NCBI GenBank assembly: GCA_039190745.1
Contig: JBCCXZ010000002.1
Span: forward strand, 32,001-96,000
DNA length: 64,000 nucleotides
DNA from: Planctomycetota bacterium
Lineage (GTDB): Bacteria; Planctomycetota; Planctomycetia; Pirellulales; Lacipirellulaceae
Reading direction: 5' to 3'
The notes under the pieces: model-generated
What the model saw: only the letters and a program-made list of their open reading frames with translations
The model's database searches: none
Told to the model about the DNA's origin: nothing
Translations under genes and position numbers: made by a program
In this document: positions 21,110 to 30,721 of the stretch, piece by piece
How positions within the stretch are numbered: the stretch's first letter is position 1
Layout: each line of letters opens with the position of its first letter

Positions 21110-21952
21110 CTAGGGATTGGCGGACGCCGCTTCCACATTAGCGGCATCAGCGGAATCGGCCCGGTCGTCCATGAGTTCCGTGACCGGGGCAGGGGGCAAG
21201 TCTGCCGATTCGGCGTCATCCTCGATGGCTGGGCCGCCCTCGTCCGCCGGGGATTCGGCGCCGGGCGCCGGCTCGCCGAGCAGCGCGGCGTCGATGATCC
21301 GCTTCAACTCATCCGACGGGTCGACCTCCTCGGGCTCGGCGGCGACCTCGGCTTCGTCTGCCAGCTGCTTGGCCGTCTTGAGCAACTCGCGCAGCTGTTC
21401 GTCGGTGGCCTGGGGTCGCATCTCCCAGCTGCCGTCGGGGCGTTTGTCGGCGATGTGCACCATGACCTGATCGAATCCTGCTTCGTCGATTTCCTCATCG
21501 ACCATGCCCCGGATGAATCTCCGGAGCGTAACCCGACCGGCACTCTTTTCTTCGTCGGTCAGACCCGAGTCGTCCAGGTACCCGCGTTCGACGGCCGTCA
21601 CGAGCATCGAGCTAAAGAGTGGAGACTCGACAAGCTCCTCAAAGATCGAGAAGAGTTGCGGGCCATCGAGTTCGCCGGCCCGAAAGGCGTCGGCAAGTCG
21701 CTCGACCTGAACCAAGACCTCGGCCTGCTCCTCCTCGGGGAGGCCGGATTCGGCGAGGGTTTCTTTCACCGCGGCCGAGACGTAATCGCTCATGAGGTCA
21801 CGCCAGTTGCGCGAGACCCACCAGGCGGCCGCCACCAAGAACAGGATGGCCAGTCCGGTGACTACGAGGCAGCCCAGCAGGCAGCCTGAAAGGGCGCTCT
21901 TCTCTTCGGTTCCCTGCTGCTCGGGCTCGATCTCAAAACGGTCGGCGGGCAT
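21110..21952 (-). CDS. Hypothetical single-pass membrane protein
   Basis: GCLLGCL-containing TM segment followed by an acidic helical domain. Confidence 0.8.
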   Translation of the reverse strand: MPADRFEIEPEQQGTEEKSALSGCLLGCLVVTGLAILFLVAAAWWVSRNWRDLMSDYVSAAVKETLAESGLPEEEQAEVLVQVERLADAFRAGELDGPQLFSIFEELVESPLFSSMLVTAVERGYLDDSGLTDEEKSAGRVTLRRFIRGMVDEEIDEAGFDQVMVHIADKRPDGSWEMRPQATDEQLRELLKTAKQLADEAEVAAEPEEVDPSDELKRIIDAALLGEPAPGAESPADEGGPAIEDDAESADLPPAPVTELMDDRADSADAANVEAASANP

Positions 21953-22048
21953 CGCTGTTCGGCTCGCGTGATGGCGGGGCTGGTGTCGCGGACTCCGTCC
22001 CTATCATCCTCCGAGAGCCGAGCGGGGACAACCGTGCCCGGTTCACAC

Positions 22049-22546
22049 TTAGCCCTTTGGCGCCCACTCGGTGAGGATCGCCAGAAGCTTCTGCTCGTTG
22101 TAAGACTTGCCTTGTTCCAACTCGCCGGTGCCCTGGGAATGCAGCACGCTGCCACTCGCGTCGAGGAAGAACAAGTGGGGAAAGGCTTCGAAGTCGGGCA
22201 GCTTCGCGAAGAACTCCTCGTTCTTGTTCTCTTTGCTCCAGTTCACTTTCATCACCAGATAGCCTTCCTCAAGGACGCCTGCGACCGTTGGCGTGTCGTG
22301 GAAGTACTTCTCCAGCAGGTGACAGTAGCGGCACCACTCGCCGCCGATCTGCAGGATGACGTGCTTGTTCTCTGCTTGGGCGAGCTCGAGCGCCGAGGCC
22401 AAGTCGACGGCCGGGTCTCGGGCCGGGTCGTACTTCTCGACCGTGTAGACCGGCGCGGCCGGTCCGCCGCAGCCTGCGGCTCCAAGGCAAACAAGTATCA
22501 AGGCAAGGGCAGCGGGTGGCGCGGCGAGCGTGGGGACGAAGGTCAC
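22049..22546 (-). CDS. Thioredoxin-fold lipoprotein
   Basis: Lipobox-like GAAGC, WCRYC active site and cis-Pro-like AFPH. GTG start approximate. Confidence 0.85.
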   Translation of the reverse strand: MTFVPTLAAPPAALALILVCLGAAGCGGPAAPVYTVEKYDPARDPAVDLASALELAQAENKHVILQIGGEWCRYCHLLEKYFHDTPTVAGVLEEGYLVMKVNWSKENKNEEFFAKLPDFEAFPHLFFLDASGSVLHSQGTGELEQGKSYNEQKLLAILTEWAPKG

Positions 22547-22782
22547 GGCGAGGCCTTCCTTTAGCAAAGCGAGGGGGACGTTTCCGTAAGCGGGGAATCA
22601 GGACTCAGTGCAATCGTACCGCGGGCTGGAGCTGATTTCGGTGACCGAGCCTACAGTCTTACACGGCCGCTCGCGAGTCCGCGGGCCGCGTCTCGGTCGA
22701 TCCCGGGCAATCCGGTTGCTAGGCTAGAGTCTGCGTGGTTGACCACGGGTTCGCCCGGGAATTGAATCGCGAGAAGCAGAAC

Positions 22783-23985
22783 ATGACCAAGACGCTGTTC
22801 GCTATCTGTTGGGCTTTAACGGTCTTCACAGCCGCTACCGTGCCGCTGCGGGCTGACGACCCCGTCGGGATCGGCGCAGAAGCCCCAAGCGAGGGCCCGG
22901 CCGTGCCCGCGGACGACGGCTTCATGACCGCTTACACTGAACGGATCCCCGGGACGGATGTCACTTTCACGATGATCCCGATCCCCGGAGGCGTGCTGGA
23001 AGTCGAAGGGGCCGATGGCGAGACCGTGTCGCTCGAGGTCGAACCGTTCTGGATGGGTCGGTGCGAAGTCACTTGGGCCGAGTACCACGAGTACATGGAG
23101 ATGTACGGGGTGTTCAAAGCGCTGGGCGAGCTGCGCGGGTCTTCCGGCGATGGCGACCTGGCCCATGTCCGGGCGTACCTCGAACAAAACCCGGATGGGG
23201 TCGACGCGGTCACGTCGCCGACGCCGCTCTACGACCCGAGCTTTACCTACTGGGTTGGCGAGGAGGACAACCAGCCGGCGGTGACGATGACGCAATTCGC
23301 CGCTCGGCAGTACACCAAGTGGCTGAGCGGAATCGTCGGTCGAGAGTACCGCCTGCCGAGCGAGACGGAGTGGGAGTACGCCGCACGGGCCGGGACCCAA
23401 ACCGCGTACTCCTTCGGCGACAACGCCGAGCGGCTCGGGGACTACGCTTGGTTTGCAGACAACGCGGAAGAAGAGACGCACCCCGTCGGCAGCAAGAAGC
23501 CCAACCCGTGGGGGCTGCACGACATGCACGGCAACGTCGCCGAATGGGTGCTCGATGCGTACCGAGAAGACCGCGCCGCCGCTGCGGCAGAGTTGAGCGC
23601 CTCCGAGGGGCAGCCAGTGCTCTGGCCCGAGAAGCTGTACCCGCGGACGATCCGAGGGGGCTGCTGGTACAGCGAGGCCGGCGAGACAACCTCCGGCGCA
23701 CGATTCGGCAGCGAGGACCGCATGTGGGTGCTGCAAGACCCCAACTTGCCGAAGAGCCCGTGGTGGTACACGGAAGACCCCGCCACCGGCATTGGGTTCC
23801 GCTTGGTCCGTCCGCTACGCCCGATGGACGACGAGACGCGGCAACGGGTTTGGGATCCGGACACCGACAGCACCCGCCGCGCCGTGAAGAATCGGATCAC
23901 CGAGGGCCGAGGGGCTCAGAGCGCCGCCACGGAGCAGCTCCCCAGGGTGATCGAAGCGATCGAGGCCGCCGGCCTCGTCGAGTAG
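22783..23985 (+). CDS. Secreted FGE-sulfatase (SUMF1)-domain protein
   Basis: Signal peptide; EVT, YRLPSETEWEYAARAG, KPNPWGLHDMHGNVAEW, RGG and GFR motifs. Confidence 0.9.
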   Translation: MTKTLFAICWALTVFTAATVPLRADDPVGIGAEAPSEGPAVPADDGFMTAYTERIPGTDVTFTMIPIPGGVLEVEGADGETVSLEVEPFWMGRCEVTWAEYHEYMEMYGVFKALGELRGSSGDGDLAHVRAYLEQNPDGVDAVTSPTPLYDPSFTYWVGEEDNQPAVTMTQFAARQYTKWLSGIVGREYRLPSETEWEYAARAGTQTAYSFGDNAERLGDYAWFADNAEEETHPVGSKKPNPWGLHDMHGNVAEWVLDAYREDRAAAAAELSASEGQPVLWPEKLYPRTIRGGCWYSEAGETTSGARFGSEDRMWVLQDPNLPKSPWWYTEDPATGIGFRLVRPLRPMDDETRQRVWDPDTDSTRRAVKNRITEGRGAQSAATEQLPRVIEAIEAAGLVE

Positions 23986-24010
23986 CCTTCTGAACCCGCA
24001 GCAGGTCGAC

Positions 24011-24979
24011 GTGTTCCACTGGGACAACGGGCTTTTTCTGACGCGGGCAAAGTTGGGGCTGGACGTCCGCCGCGGCCTGGCGTGCGGCTACATCTCGCAC
24101 GCCCACGCCGACCACATGGGGCCGCACCAGGTTGCCCTGGCGACGCCGGAAACCGCGGCGTTGTACCGCCACCGCCGCGGCGCGGGCAGGCGGGTGCGTT
24201 TGCTGCACTACGGCGAGCCTGAGCGCTTCGGCGGATTCGAACTGACCGCGCTCCCCGCCGGGCACTGCCTGGGTTCTTCGATGCTGCTCGCCAACGACGG
24301 CGGCAAGACGCTGCTCTACACCGGCGACTTCAAACTCGGCCCCTCGGCGACCGCCAAGCAGGCAGAACCGCCTCGGGCGGACATCCTGGTGATGGAGAGC
24401 ACCTTCGGCCGCCCACGCTACCGGTTGCCGCCGCGGGAGGAGGTCGTCGCCGAGTTGGCGGAACTCGTCCGGTCGGTGCTCGCAGAGGGACGCACGCCCG
24501 TGCTGCACGCCTACGAGTTGGGCAAGGCTCAGGAGGTCACGAAGCTGCTGACCGACCGCGGCTTGCCCGTGTTGCAGCACCCTTCGATCTTTGCCGTGAG
24601 CGAGGTTTACCGGCGCTGCGAAGTCGGCCTCGGCGACTGCACGGAGTTCCGGGCTGATCGGGTCCCGGGTCGCGTGGTGGTGACCCTGCCGCGGGGCGTC
24701 AGGAATTTCCGACTGCCGGGGATCGCGTCGCCCGTGAGTATCGCCATCACGGGGTGGGCCATCGATCCGGCGACCAAGCACCGCCTTGGAGTGGACCATG
24801 CGTTGCCGTTGTCGGACCACGCGGACTTTGATGAGTTGCTTCGGCTCGTGGAACTGGTGCATCCCGAGCAGGTGTACTGCACCCACGGCCCCGCCAGCTT
24901 CGCCGGGTGCCTGCAGGCCGCGGGCTGGGACGCCCGCCCGGTAAGCGGTGGCTACCAACGGCGGATGTTCGTGCCCTAG
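24011..24979 (+). CDS. MBL-fold metallo-hydrolase, beta-CASP-type nuclease
   Basis: SHAHADH, AGHCLGS, YTGDF, ESTFG, LSDHAD and THG motifs. Confidence 0.9.
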   Translation: MFHWDNGLFLTRAKLGLDVRRGLACGYISHAHADHMGPHQVALATPETAALYRHRRGAGRRVRLLHYGEPERFGGFELTALPAGHCLGSSMLLANDGGKTLLYTGDFKLGPSATAKQAEPPRADILVMESTFGRPRYRLPPREEVVAELAELVRSVLAEGRTPVLHAYELGKAQEVTKLLTDRGLPVLQHPSIFAVSEVYRRCEVGLGDCTEFRADRVPGRVVVTLPRGVRNFRLPGIASPVSIAITGWAIDPATKHRLGVDHALPLSDHADFDELLRLVELVHPEQVYCTHGPASFAGCLQAAGWDARPVSGGYQRRMFVP

Positions 24980-25224
24980 GCCGACCGAGCCGCCAGTTTG
25001 CGAGCCACCGCAGTTCTCGGCTGAGGACTCTAACGGTTATGCGGGTCGCTAGGGCGCAGAAGCCGGGGAGAAGTCCGTCTATGCGGCCTGTGCCGAGCAA
25101 GCGGGTTGCACTCGCGTCCGATGGTAGCGGTTTTGTTGGTTCGCCGTGATGGCCGGGGCCGAATGTGGGTTCGTAGGCACACGCTACGCGCAGCACCGGC
25201 AGAGAGACCCTCAGCGGGAAGTCC

Positions 25225-26739
25225 ATGGAAAGACGCAACACGGCACGTCTGCGCGTCCGGGCGCCCCTAGTGGCTGCGGTGCTGGCGTCTGGCTGGTTCT
25301 CCGCAGCCCCGCCGGCCGGCGGGGAACCGGCGGGCGATACGCCGACCGACCGCTATTGGCAGTTCTTGGAGCACACCGACGACCCGAGCCTCCGTCTGCT
25401 CCCGGCGCTGGAGTCCTCAGACCAGCACCCCGAAAAGGTCGTCGACGGGCCGACTCTTCTGCCGCCGATGCACTTCCCCACGACCATGGAGCCGCCGTCG
25501 CCGGCGGGTTCCGGGATGGTCGGGGACAGCTCCAAGCTGGTTGATCTGGAAGACTTTGTAGCGGGGCCCGATCCAAACGAAACCGCGGGCGTCGCCGCCC
25601 CTACGAGAAACCGCCCTCAACCGGCGGGCCCTAGCTTGTTGCCCCTCGGGCCGTCTTTGGTTGAGGAACAACCGGCGGGCCGGCCGACGGTCCGTAGTGA
25701 GGCTTCTGCAGAGAGTAGCGAGCCTTCGGCAGAGAGCAGAACGCCTCGGCTGAGCGAGTACACCGCCACCTTGCTCCCGACCGGCTCCCGCGTGCAGCAG
25801 CTTGCAGAGGCGAGCGTGCAGCGGGGTTACGCCTTCGCCAAACGGGGGGCCTACTTCACCGCCGAGCGTGAGTTCATCGAAGCGCTCAAGCTGGTCACAC
25901 GGCAGAAAGACTTACAGAGCAGCCGCTCGTCTCGCTCCGAAGCGTTGTCGGCCGGCTTGAGGGCACTCGACGAGGCGGAGGACTTCTTCCCAGGGGGAAT
26001 GCAGGTTCAGGCGGAACTCGACCTAGCGTCCATCCGGGCGTCGCACCTCACGAAGCTGGACGAGCCGCTAGAGGACCAAACCCAGGCGCAACACGTCTTG
26101 GACCTCTACCTCCGTTACGCACAAGTACAACTGGGGGCCGCCGTCTCGGGCGAACCGGCCGGGTCGATGGCCCTGCACGCCTTGGGCAAACTCCAAAGCC
26201 AGCTGGGCCGGGTCGAGCCCGCCCGGAACCCAATCGCCGCCGAACGGGCGGCCGCGCTCCAACAAGCCGCCCTTTTGGCGCGGTCCGACAACTACTTGGC
26301 AGCCCACGAACTGGGGCTGCTGCTGGCCGAGGCGGGCAGGCTGCAGCGGGCCGAAGCCCTGCTCGCAGGGGTCGCGGCAGATCAACCGAACGCCGTGGTG
26401 CTCCGAAATCTCGCCGCCGTGCAGCGTAAGCGCGGGCAACACCTGTTGGCTCAGCAATCACTCGCCCAGGCGGAAGCGTTGGCTAGGGCGGGCCGCGGCG
26501 GCGGGGCTGGCGTGCAGACGGTTTCGCCACGGCAATTTGCACAAACTTCTGCACGGTCGCAGGCCGCTTCGACGCCGCAGGCCGGTCGCTCAGCGTCGCC
26601 CAGCGGGCCGGGCGGCTCCAGCTTAAGGGTCGCGGGGCGAGGACTGTTCCACGCGGAGCCGACCAACCCCGCCACGAGCCCCAATCCCGGTTCGCGGTCG
26701 GGCACCGATTTCGTCAGCCCCACAGCAAGGTGGCGGTAA
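25225..26739 (+). CDS. Secreted protein with TPR-like helical domain
   Basis: Signal-like N-terminus, Pro-rich linker and helical repeats (LAAHELGLLLAEAG, VLRNLAAV). Confidence 0.75.
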   Translation: MERRNTARLRVRAPLVAAVLASGWFSAAPPAGGEPAGDTPTDRYWQFLEHTDDPSLRLLPALESSDQHPEKVVDGPTLLPPMHFPTTMEPPSPAGSGMVGDSSKLVDLEDFVAGPDPNETAGVAAPTRNRPQPAGPSLLPLGPSLVEEQPAGRPTVRSEASAESSEPSAESRTPRLSEYTATLLPTGSRVQQLAEASVQRGYAFAKRGAYFTAEREFIEALKLVTRQKDLQSSRSSRSEALSAGLRALDEAEDFFPGGMQVQAELDLASIRASHLTKLDEPLEDQTQAQHVLDLYLRYAQVQLGAAVSGEPAGSMALHALGKLQSQLGRVEPARNPIAAERAAALQQAALLARSDNYLAAHELGLLLAEAGRLQRAEALLAGVAADQPNAVVLRNLAAVQRKRGQHLLAQQSLAQAEALARAGRGGGAGVQTVSPRQFAQTSARSQAASTPQAGRSASPSGPGGSSLRVAGRGLFHAEPTNPATSPNPGSRSGTDFVSPTARWR

Positions 26740-26741
26740 GC

Positions 26742-28073
26742 ATGCACAAGACTCGCCCCCAACGATCGAAGTACACCGTCGTCTTGGTCGTCGCGGCCAT
26801 CGCCGCAATCGCCGTGGCCGTGACGCTCCCAGGCGGCGACACTGGCGCCAACGCTCCCGACGCACCTCCGTCGGAGAGACCAGCAAGCCTAGAAAACCGC
26901 TCTCTGAGGCTCGCATCGTTGGATCGGGACAAACGAAGGCCGGACAATCCCAGGCCGGACAGCGACTTCCAACTCTGTCAGGCCCTCGGCCCCGCCGCCC
27001 CGCACCCAGTCTGGGGCGTCGATGGACTCGCCGGCTGCGGACGCGGAGAGGTTGGCTGGGAGGCCCGCGCCCACATCAACTGGCAGGCTTACGCCCAGGG
27101 AGAGTACGTCGGCCACGCCCGGCTGGCGCACGTCCCAGAGTACCGCATCCGGGTCGACGACGAGATCTCGTTCGTCTTCCGGCTCACCCGCGAGAAGACA
27201 GACAAGCCGTACGAGTTCCAGGTCGGCGACACGCTCCGCGTCGAGTCGCTCACCGCCGACGGAGCCACCAACGCGAACGGACTGCCCCAGGACGACATCC
27301 GCCGCGACCTAGTGATCCAACCCGACGGCACGCTCAGCCTGCCGCTGCTCGGCCAGGTACACGCGGCCGGCAGTACCGTGGAGCAGCTCCGACTGCAGCT
27401 CGAAGAACGCTACAAGAAGTACTACAAGCTGCCCTCGATTACGGTCACGCCAATCCAGGTCAACACGCGTCTGCAAGACCTTATCGAGTCGATCGACGCC
27501 CGGCAGGGGCTCGGCGGCCTGCAGTTGACGGTGACGGTGACGCCCGCGGGCAAGATCTATCTGCCAGCGTTAGGCGCCATCTGCGTCCAGGGGCTCACGC
27601 TCGAGGAGTTGAAGTTTGAAATCGACGCCCGTTACGCGGCGACCATCCCCGGGGTAGCGCTGACGCCCGTGCTGAGCCAGCGTGCGCCGCGGTTCATGTT
27701 CGTGCTCGGCGAGGTGGTCGAACCGGGCCGGTTTGAGCTGGAAGGTCCTACCACGCTGATGGGAGCGATCGCGCTGGCCGGCGGGTGGAACCAGGGGGCC
27801 AACCTCCGGCAGGTGGTCGTCTTCCGCCGCGGCGACGACTGGCGGCTGATGGCCACGATGGTCGACATCCGGGGGGCTCTGCAGGGCCGCCGGCCCACCC
27901 CCGCCGACGAGATCTGGCTGAACGATTCCGACATCGTGGTCGTGCCAAAAACGCCCATCGAGGTGGTCGACGAAGCCATCGACCAGTACTTCACCCGTGG
28001 GCTTTACAGCCTGTTCCCGCAGTTCGTCGGCGGCGACTTCACGTTCAGCGCCTTCCGGCAGATCAGCAACTAG
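26742..28073 (+). CDS. Polysaccharide export (Wza/OPX-like) protein with SLBB domain
   Basis: YEFQVGDTL, IQPDGTLSLPLLGQVHAAG and VLGEVVEPGRF...AIALAGG motifs. Confidence 0.88.
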   Translation: MHKTRPQRSKYTVVLVVAAIAAIAVAVTLPGGDTGANAPDAPPSERPASLENRSLRLASLDRDKRRPDNPRPDSDFQLCQALGPAAPHPVWGVDGLAGCGRGEVGWEARAHINWQAYAQGEYVGHARLAHVPEYRIRVDDEISFVFRLTREKTDKPYEFQVGDTLRVESLTADGATNANGLPQDDIRRDLVIQPDGTLSLPLLGQVHAAGSTVEQLRLQLEERYKKYYKLPSITVTPIQVNTRLQDLIESIDARQGLGGLQLTVTVTPAGKIYLPALGAICVQGLTLEELKFEIDARYAATIPGVALTPVLSQRAPRFMFVLGEVVEPGRFELEGPTTLMGAIALAGGWNQGANLRQVVVFRRGDDWRLMATMVDIRGALQGRRPTPADEIWLNDSDIVVVPKTPIEVVDEAIDQYFTRGLYSLFPQFVGGDFTFSAFRQISN

Positions 28074-28178
28074 AGCGCACAACACCGCAGCGTAGCGGCT
28101 TCTCCGTCGGAACAGCCGGCGAACACATCGCCGCCGACGCCATAAGTTATGTGCGACTCGCACTAGCTTCGCCGAAGA

Positions 28179-28511
28179 TCACTCTTGGCGGACTTGCTCG
28201 CTCAACCAAGCCAAGTATGCAGGGCTGCCGCCTTGGACCTCCAAGACGACTGCCTCAGGGCAGTCGTAGCTGTGCAATCGCCCGATCGCCTCGACAACCT
28301 TGTCAGCCATCGCCGCACTTGTCTTGATGGCCAGGAAAAACTCGTCGGCCCGCTCGACCGCGCCCTGCCAACAGTACACGCTTTGGCCGGGCGTCACCTG
28401 CACGCAGGCCGCCAATCGTTCCTCGACTAGAGAAGTTGCGATCGTGTCGGCCTCGGCCCGCGACCCCGTAGAAGTCTGAACCACCACGTACGCGCTCCCG
28501 TTGGTACTCAC
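28179..28511 (-). CDS. cutA: Divalent-cation tolerance protein CutA
   Basis: LVEERLAACVQ, SVYCWQG, IKT, HSYDCPE and YLAWL motifs. Confidence 0.93.
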   Translation of the reverse strand: MSTNGSAYVVVQTSTGSRAEADTIATSLVEERLAACVQVTPGQSVYCWQGAVERADEFFLAIKTSAAMADKVVEAIGRLHSYDCPEAVVLEVQGGSPAYLAWLSEQVRQE

Positions 28512-29740
28512 TGCAGGACCTCTCGCTCGGGAGCATTCTCGTGATCGCCGGCGCCCTCTGATTCAGTCGCCGCCCCATAAAACTCGCGCGCCACAACTTC
28601 GGCGTGCCAGGGCAGCCGGCTGCGGAGCGTGTAGACCCAGTGGCCGCGCATGCTGGGCATCAATCCCCCGCGGTAGTGGCGGTAGTCGACCAGCAGCGTC
28701 TTGCCCTGTTCCGCGACTTTCTTGCCGGCCCGCAATCTCGAGAGGAGCCATCCGGGGCCGAGGTCCTGCTCGAAAAACCGACGGAGCCGCCAGTCGGCGA
28801 CAAACGTCCGGCCGCCGATGAGCAGCGGCGGGAAGTCGGAGCCGGCAATCCCGACCTGCTGCACGGAATCGCGATCCGTGAAGAAAGCCTTCGTCAGCAG
28901 GCCCCGACCGTAGTCCGACGTGTAGGCAGGCAATCCTACCCTGGGCCTGTGATTGACGAAGTGCAGGAGCTTTGCGTAACCGTCCGCCGCCCACGCATGG
29001 CGAATCGGCGCCCCGAAGGAGACCATGTCTAGCTGGAGTCTTCGGACCGGGTGGCTTTCGTTTTGCAGGATTGACTCCGCTTCCTCCCAGTGCGGCGTGT
29101 CGCGGCGGGCCCCCCACCACGAGCGTCGATGGTCGCGGGCCGCGTGGAGCAACGCTTGCAACTGCTCGTTGTCGCTAGCCAAGAGCCAGGACAACAGCGC
29201 CAAGACGTTCCCGCCATGGCTGTGCCCCCAGAGTTGCACCCGCAGCACCGCCTCCAGCTTTTCGGGCGGCAAAGACCCTGCGAAACATGCGAGTTCGTTG
29301 AGTAAACGAATCGCGCCGTCGGCACGGGCGATGTGGTTGTTCTGGCCAGACCAGACAAACCGTTTGACGGAGATCTTCTCCTCGGTGGCTTGATTGATCC
29401 CGCTTTCGAACTCATCGGCAAAACGGGGCACATAGTTCCCGCCTTCGCCCGTGAGCACATCGGTGATCGTCTTTCGGGCGCGCCCGAGCCGCCCTGCGAG
29501 TCCTGGCGCCAAGCGGTCGAGGCCCATGATGACACCAGCAAGATCGTTCCCCACAAAAGTGCCATGCACTAAGTAGACGGCCGCCACCCCAGCTGATGCG
29601 AAGGCGGCACCCGAGGAGGCAAGCCTCTTACGAAACTCGATTTGCTTGGGCGTTACTGGCTGAGGTTCGTCGAAGACTTCGAACGGCGCCGACGGCGGCC
29701 CGTTCGTGTAAACCTGGTGGCGGAACCCGGACAATGCCAT
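28508..29740 (-). CDS. Putative alpha/beta hydrolase
   Basis: VYLVHGTF oxyanion-like motif, WSGQN, and nucleophile elbow WGHSHGGN. Confidence 0.7.
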   Translation of the reverse strand: MALSGFRHQVYTNGPPSAPFEVFDEPQPVTPKQIEFRKRLASSGAAFASAGVAAVYLVHGTFVGNDLAGVIMGLDRLAPGLAGRLGRARKTITDVLTGEGGNYVPRFADEFESGINQATEEKISVKRFVWSGQNNHIARADGAIRLLNELACFAGSLPPEKLEAVLRVQLWGHSHGGNVLALLSWLLASDNEQLQALLHAARDHRRSWWGARRDTPHWEEAESILQNESHPVRRLQLDMVSFGAPIRHAWAADGYAKLLHFVNHRPRVGLPAYTSDYGRGLLTKAFFTDRDSVQQVGIAGSDFPPLLIGGRTFVADWRLRRFFEQDLGPGWLLSRLRAGKKVAEQGKTLLVDYRHYRGGLMPSMRGHWVYTLRSRLPWHAEVVAREFYGAATESEGAGDHENAPEREVLQ

Positions 29741-29810
29741 GCGAAACGCTGAGGGAGGTGATGCTGCGTTCGGTCGTCTCTAGCAAACTACCAAAGGAGG
29801 TCGCCCCGCC

Positions 29811-29852
29811 AAGAAAAAAGCCGCCCGCGATCCAAAGGACCAGGGGCGGCTT
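29811..29852 (-). terminator. Rho-independent terminator after the small-peptide genes
   Basis: AAGCCGCCC...GGGCGGCTT stem followed by a T-tract on the minus strand. Confidence 0.7.
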
Positions 29853-29880
29853 GCTCAAGTATTCTAAGCGGGATTCGTTT

Positions 29881-30126
29881 CTAGAAGCCGATGTAGATCG
29901 ACGGGCCGTGGACGACCGGCGCCGGCGTGTACAGCACAGGGCTGTAGTACACCGGGCGGCGGACGACCCGACGGGCCACGGGGTACGGAGGCAGTACCGC
30001 CCGCGCCGCGACACGACGAACCGGAGCGATCGGACGACGGACAAAGTAGCCTGCGTCGGCGCTCTGGGCTCCAGCGAACGAGAAACCACCAAGGACGGTC
30101 AAAGCGAACAGGGCTTTCTTAAACAT
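29881..30126 (-). CDS. Small secreted Arg/Pro/Val/Tyr-rich peptide (81 aa)
   Basis: AGGAG SD; Sec signal ending SADA; mature part has no acidic residues; ends GPSIYIGF. Confidence 0.85.
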   Translation of the reverse strand: MFKKALFALTVLGGFSFAGAQSADAGYFVRRPIAPVRRVAARAVLPPYPVARRVVRRPVYYSPVLYTPAPVVHGPSIYIGF

Positions 30127-30221
30127 GATTCTTACTCCTCTGAGGGTTGGTGGGCTGCTCAGCCCGACTCGTTGGTTTGGTTGGCTTTGCCGAGTACTTT
30201 GCTCGACAAGAGACTACTAAC

Positions 30222-30238
30222 GCACCGCCTATGCCAAA
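30222..30238 (-). promoter_or_regulatory. Sigma54-type -24/-12 promoter for the 81-aa peptide gene
   Basis: Minus strand reads TTTGGCATAGGCGGTGC (GG-N10-GC). Confidence 0.65.
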
Positions 30239-30252
30239 CCATGTCCTTGATT

Positions 30253-30281
30253 TGTAAATCATTAATAATAAAAGACTTACA
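30253..30281. promoter_or_regulatory. AT-rich inverted repeat / IHF-like site
   Basis: TGTAAATC-N13-GACTTACA; each half is one mismatch from WATCAANNNNTTR. Confidence 0.55.
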
Positions 30282-30362
30282 GAATCGATTGGCTAAAGCA
30301 GCCCAACCCATTGTGACATCGAAAGTGCGACATCATTCCCTCGTTGAGCAGATCAATTCGAC

Positions 30363-30632
30363 TCAGAAACCCACTGAGAAGCTAATCCCGCCCCTGCCGT
30401 AGTGCCCGGGATAGCCGCGGTAGTACCTCGTCGGCGGCCCATAGTACCGACCAGGGTAATAGGCACGACGCGGCGGGCCGTAGTAGGCGACCGGCGCGCG
30501 ATACGGCCCGTAACCCCCGTAGCCGCCATACCCACCGTATCCGCCTCGATAGCAGTAGCCGGCGTCTGCCGAACTGGCGGCCAACGCGGCCCCGCTTGCT
30601 AAGACCAAAATCAATAGAATTTTACGCAACAT
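30363..30632 (-). CDS. Small secreted Tyr/Gly/Arg/Pro-rich peptide (89 aa)
   Basis: GGAGG SD; MLRKILLILVLASGAALAASSADA signal; GGY repeats; ends GGISFSVGF. Confidence 0.85.
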   Translation of the reverse strand: MLRKILLILVLASGAALAASSADAGYCYRGGYGGYGGYGGYGPYRAPVAYYGPPRRAYYPGRYYGPPTRYYRGYPGHYGRGGISFSVGF

Positions 30633-30705
30633 TTGGTTGCCTCCGTCAAGCTGCCTGCCTGTACGGGGAAGGACACCAAACCCCGTCGCCCGAAGTGGCA
30701 AAGCA

Positions 30706-30721
30706 GGCATAGGAACTGCCG
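30706..30721 (-). promoter_or_regulatory. Candidate sigma54 promoter for the 89-aa peptide gene
   Basis: Minus strand reads CGGCAGTTCCTATGCC (GG-N10-GC). Confidence 0.45.

Noticed and set aside
22783..23985. True formylglycine-generating enzyme
   Set aside because: The catalytic two-Cys motif after RGG is absent (reads RGGCWYSE) and no sulfatase is adjacent; only the fold is supported.
28508..30632. RiPP cluster (peptides plus hydrolase)
   Set aside because: The peptides have ordinary Sec signals, a terminator separates them from the hydrolase, and no RiPP modification enzyme or transporter is adjacent.
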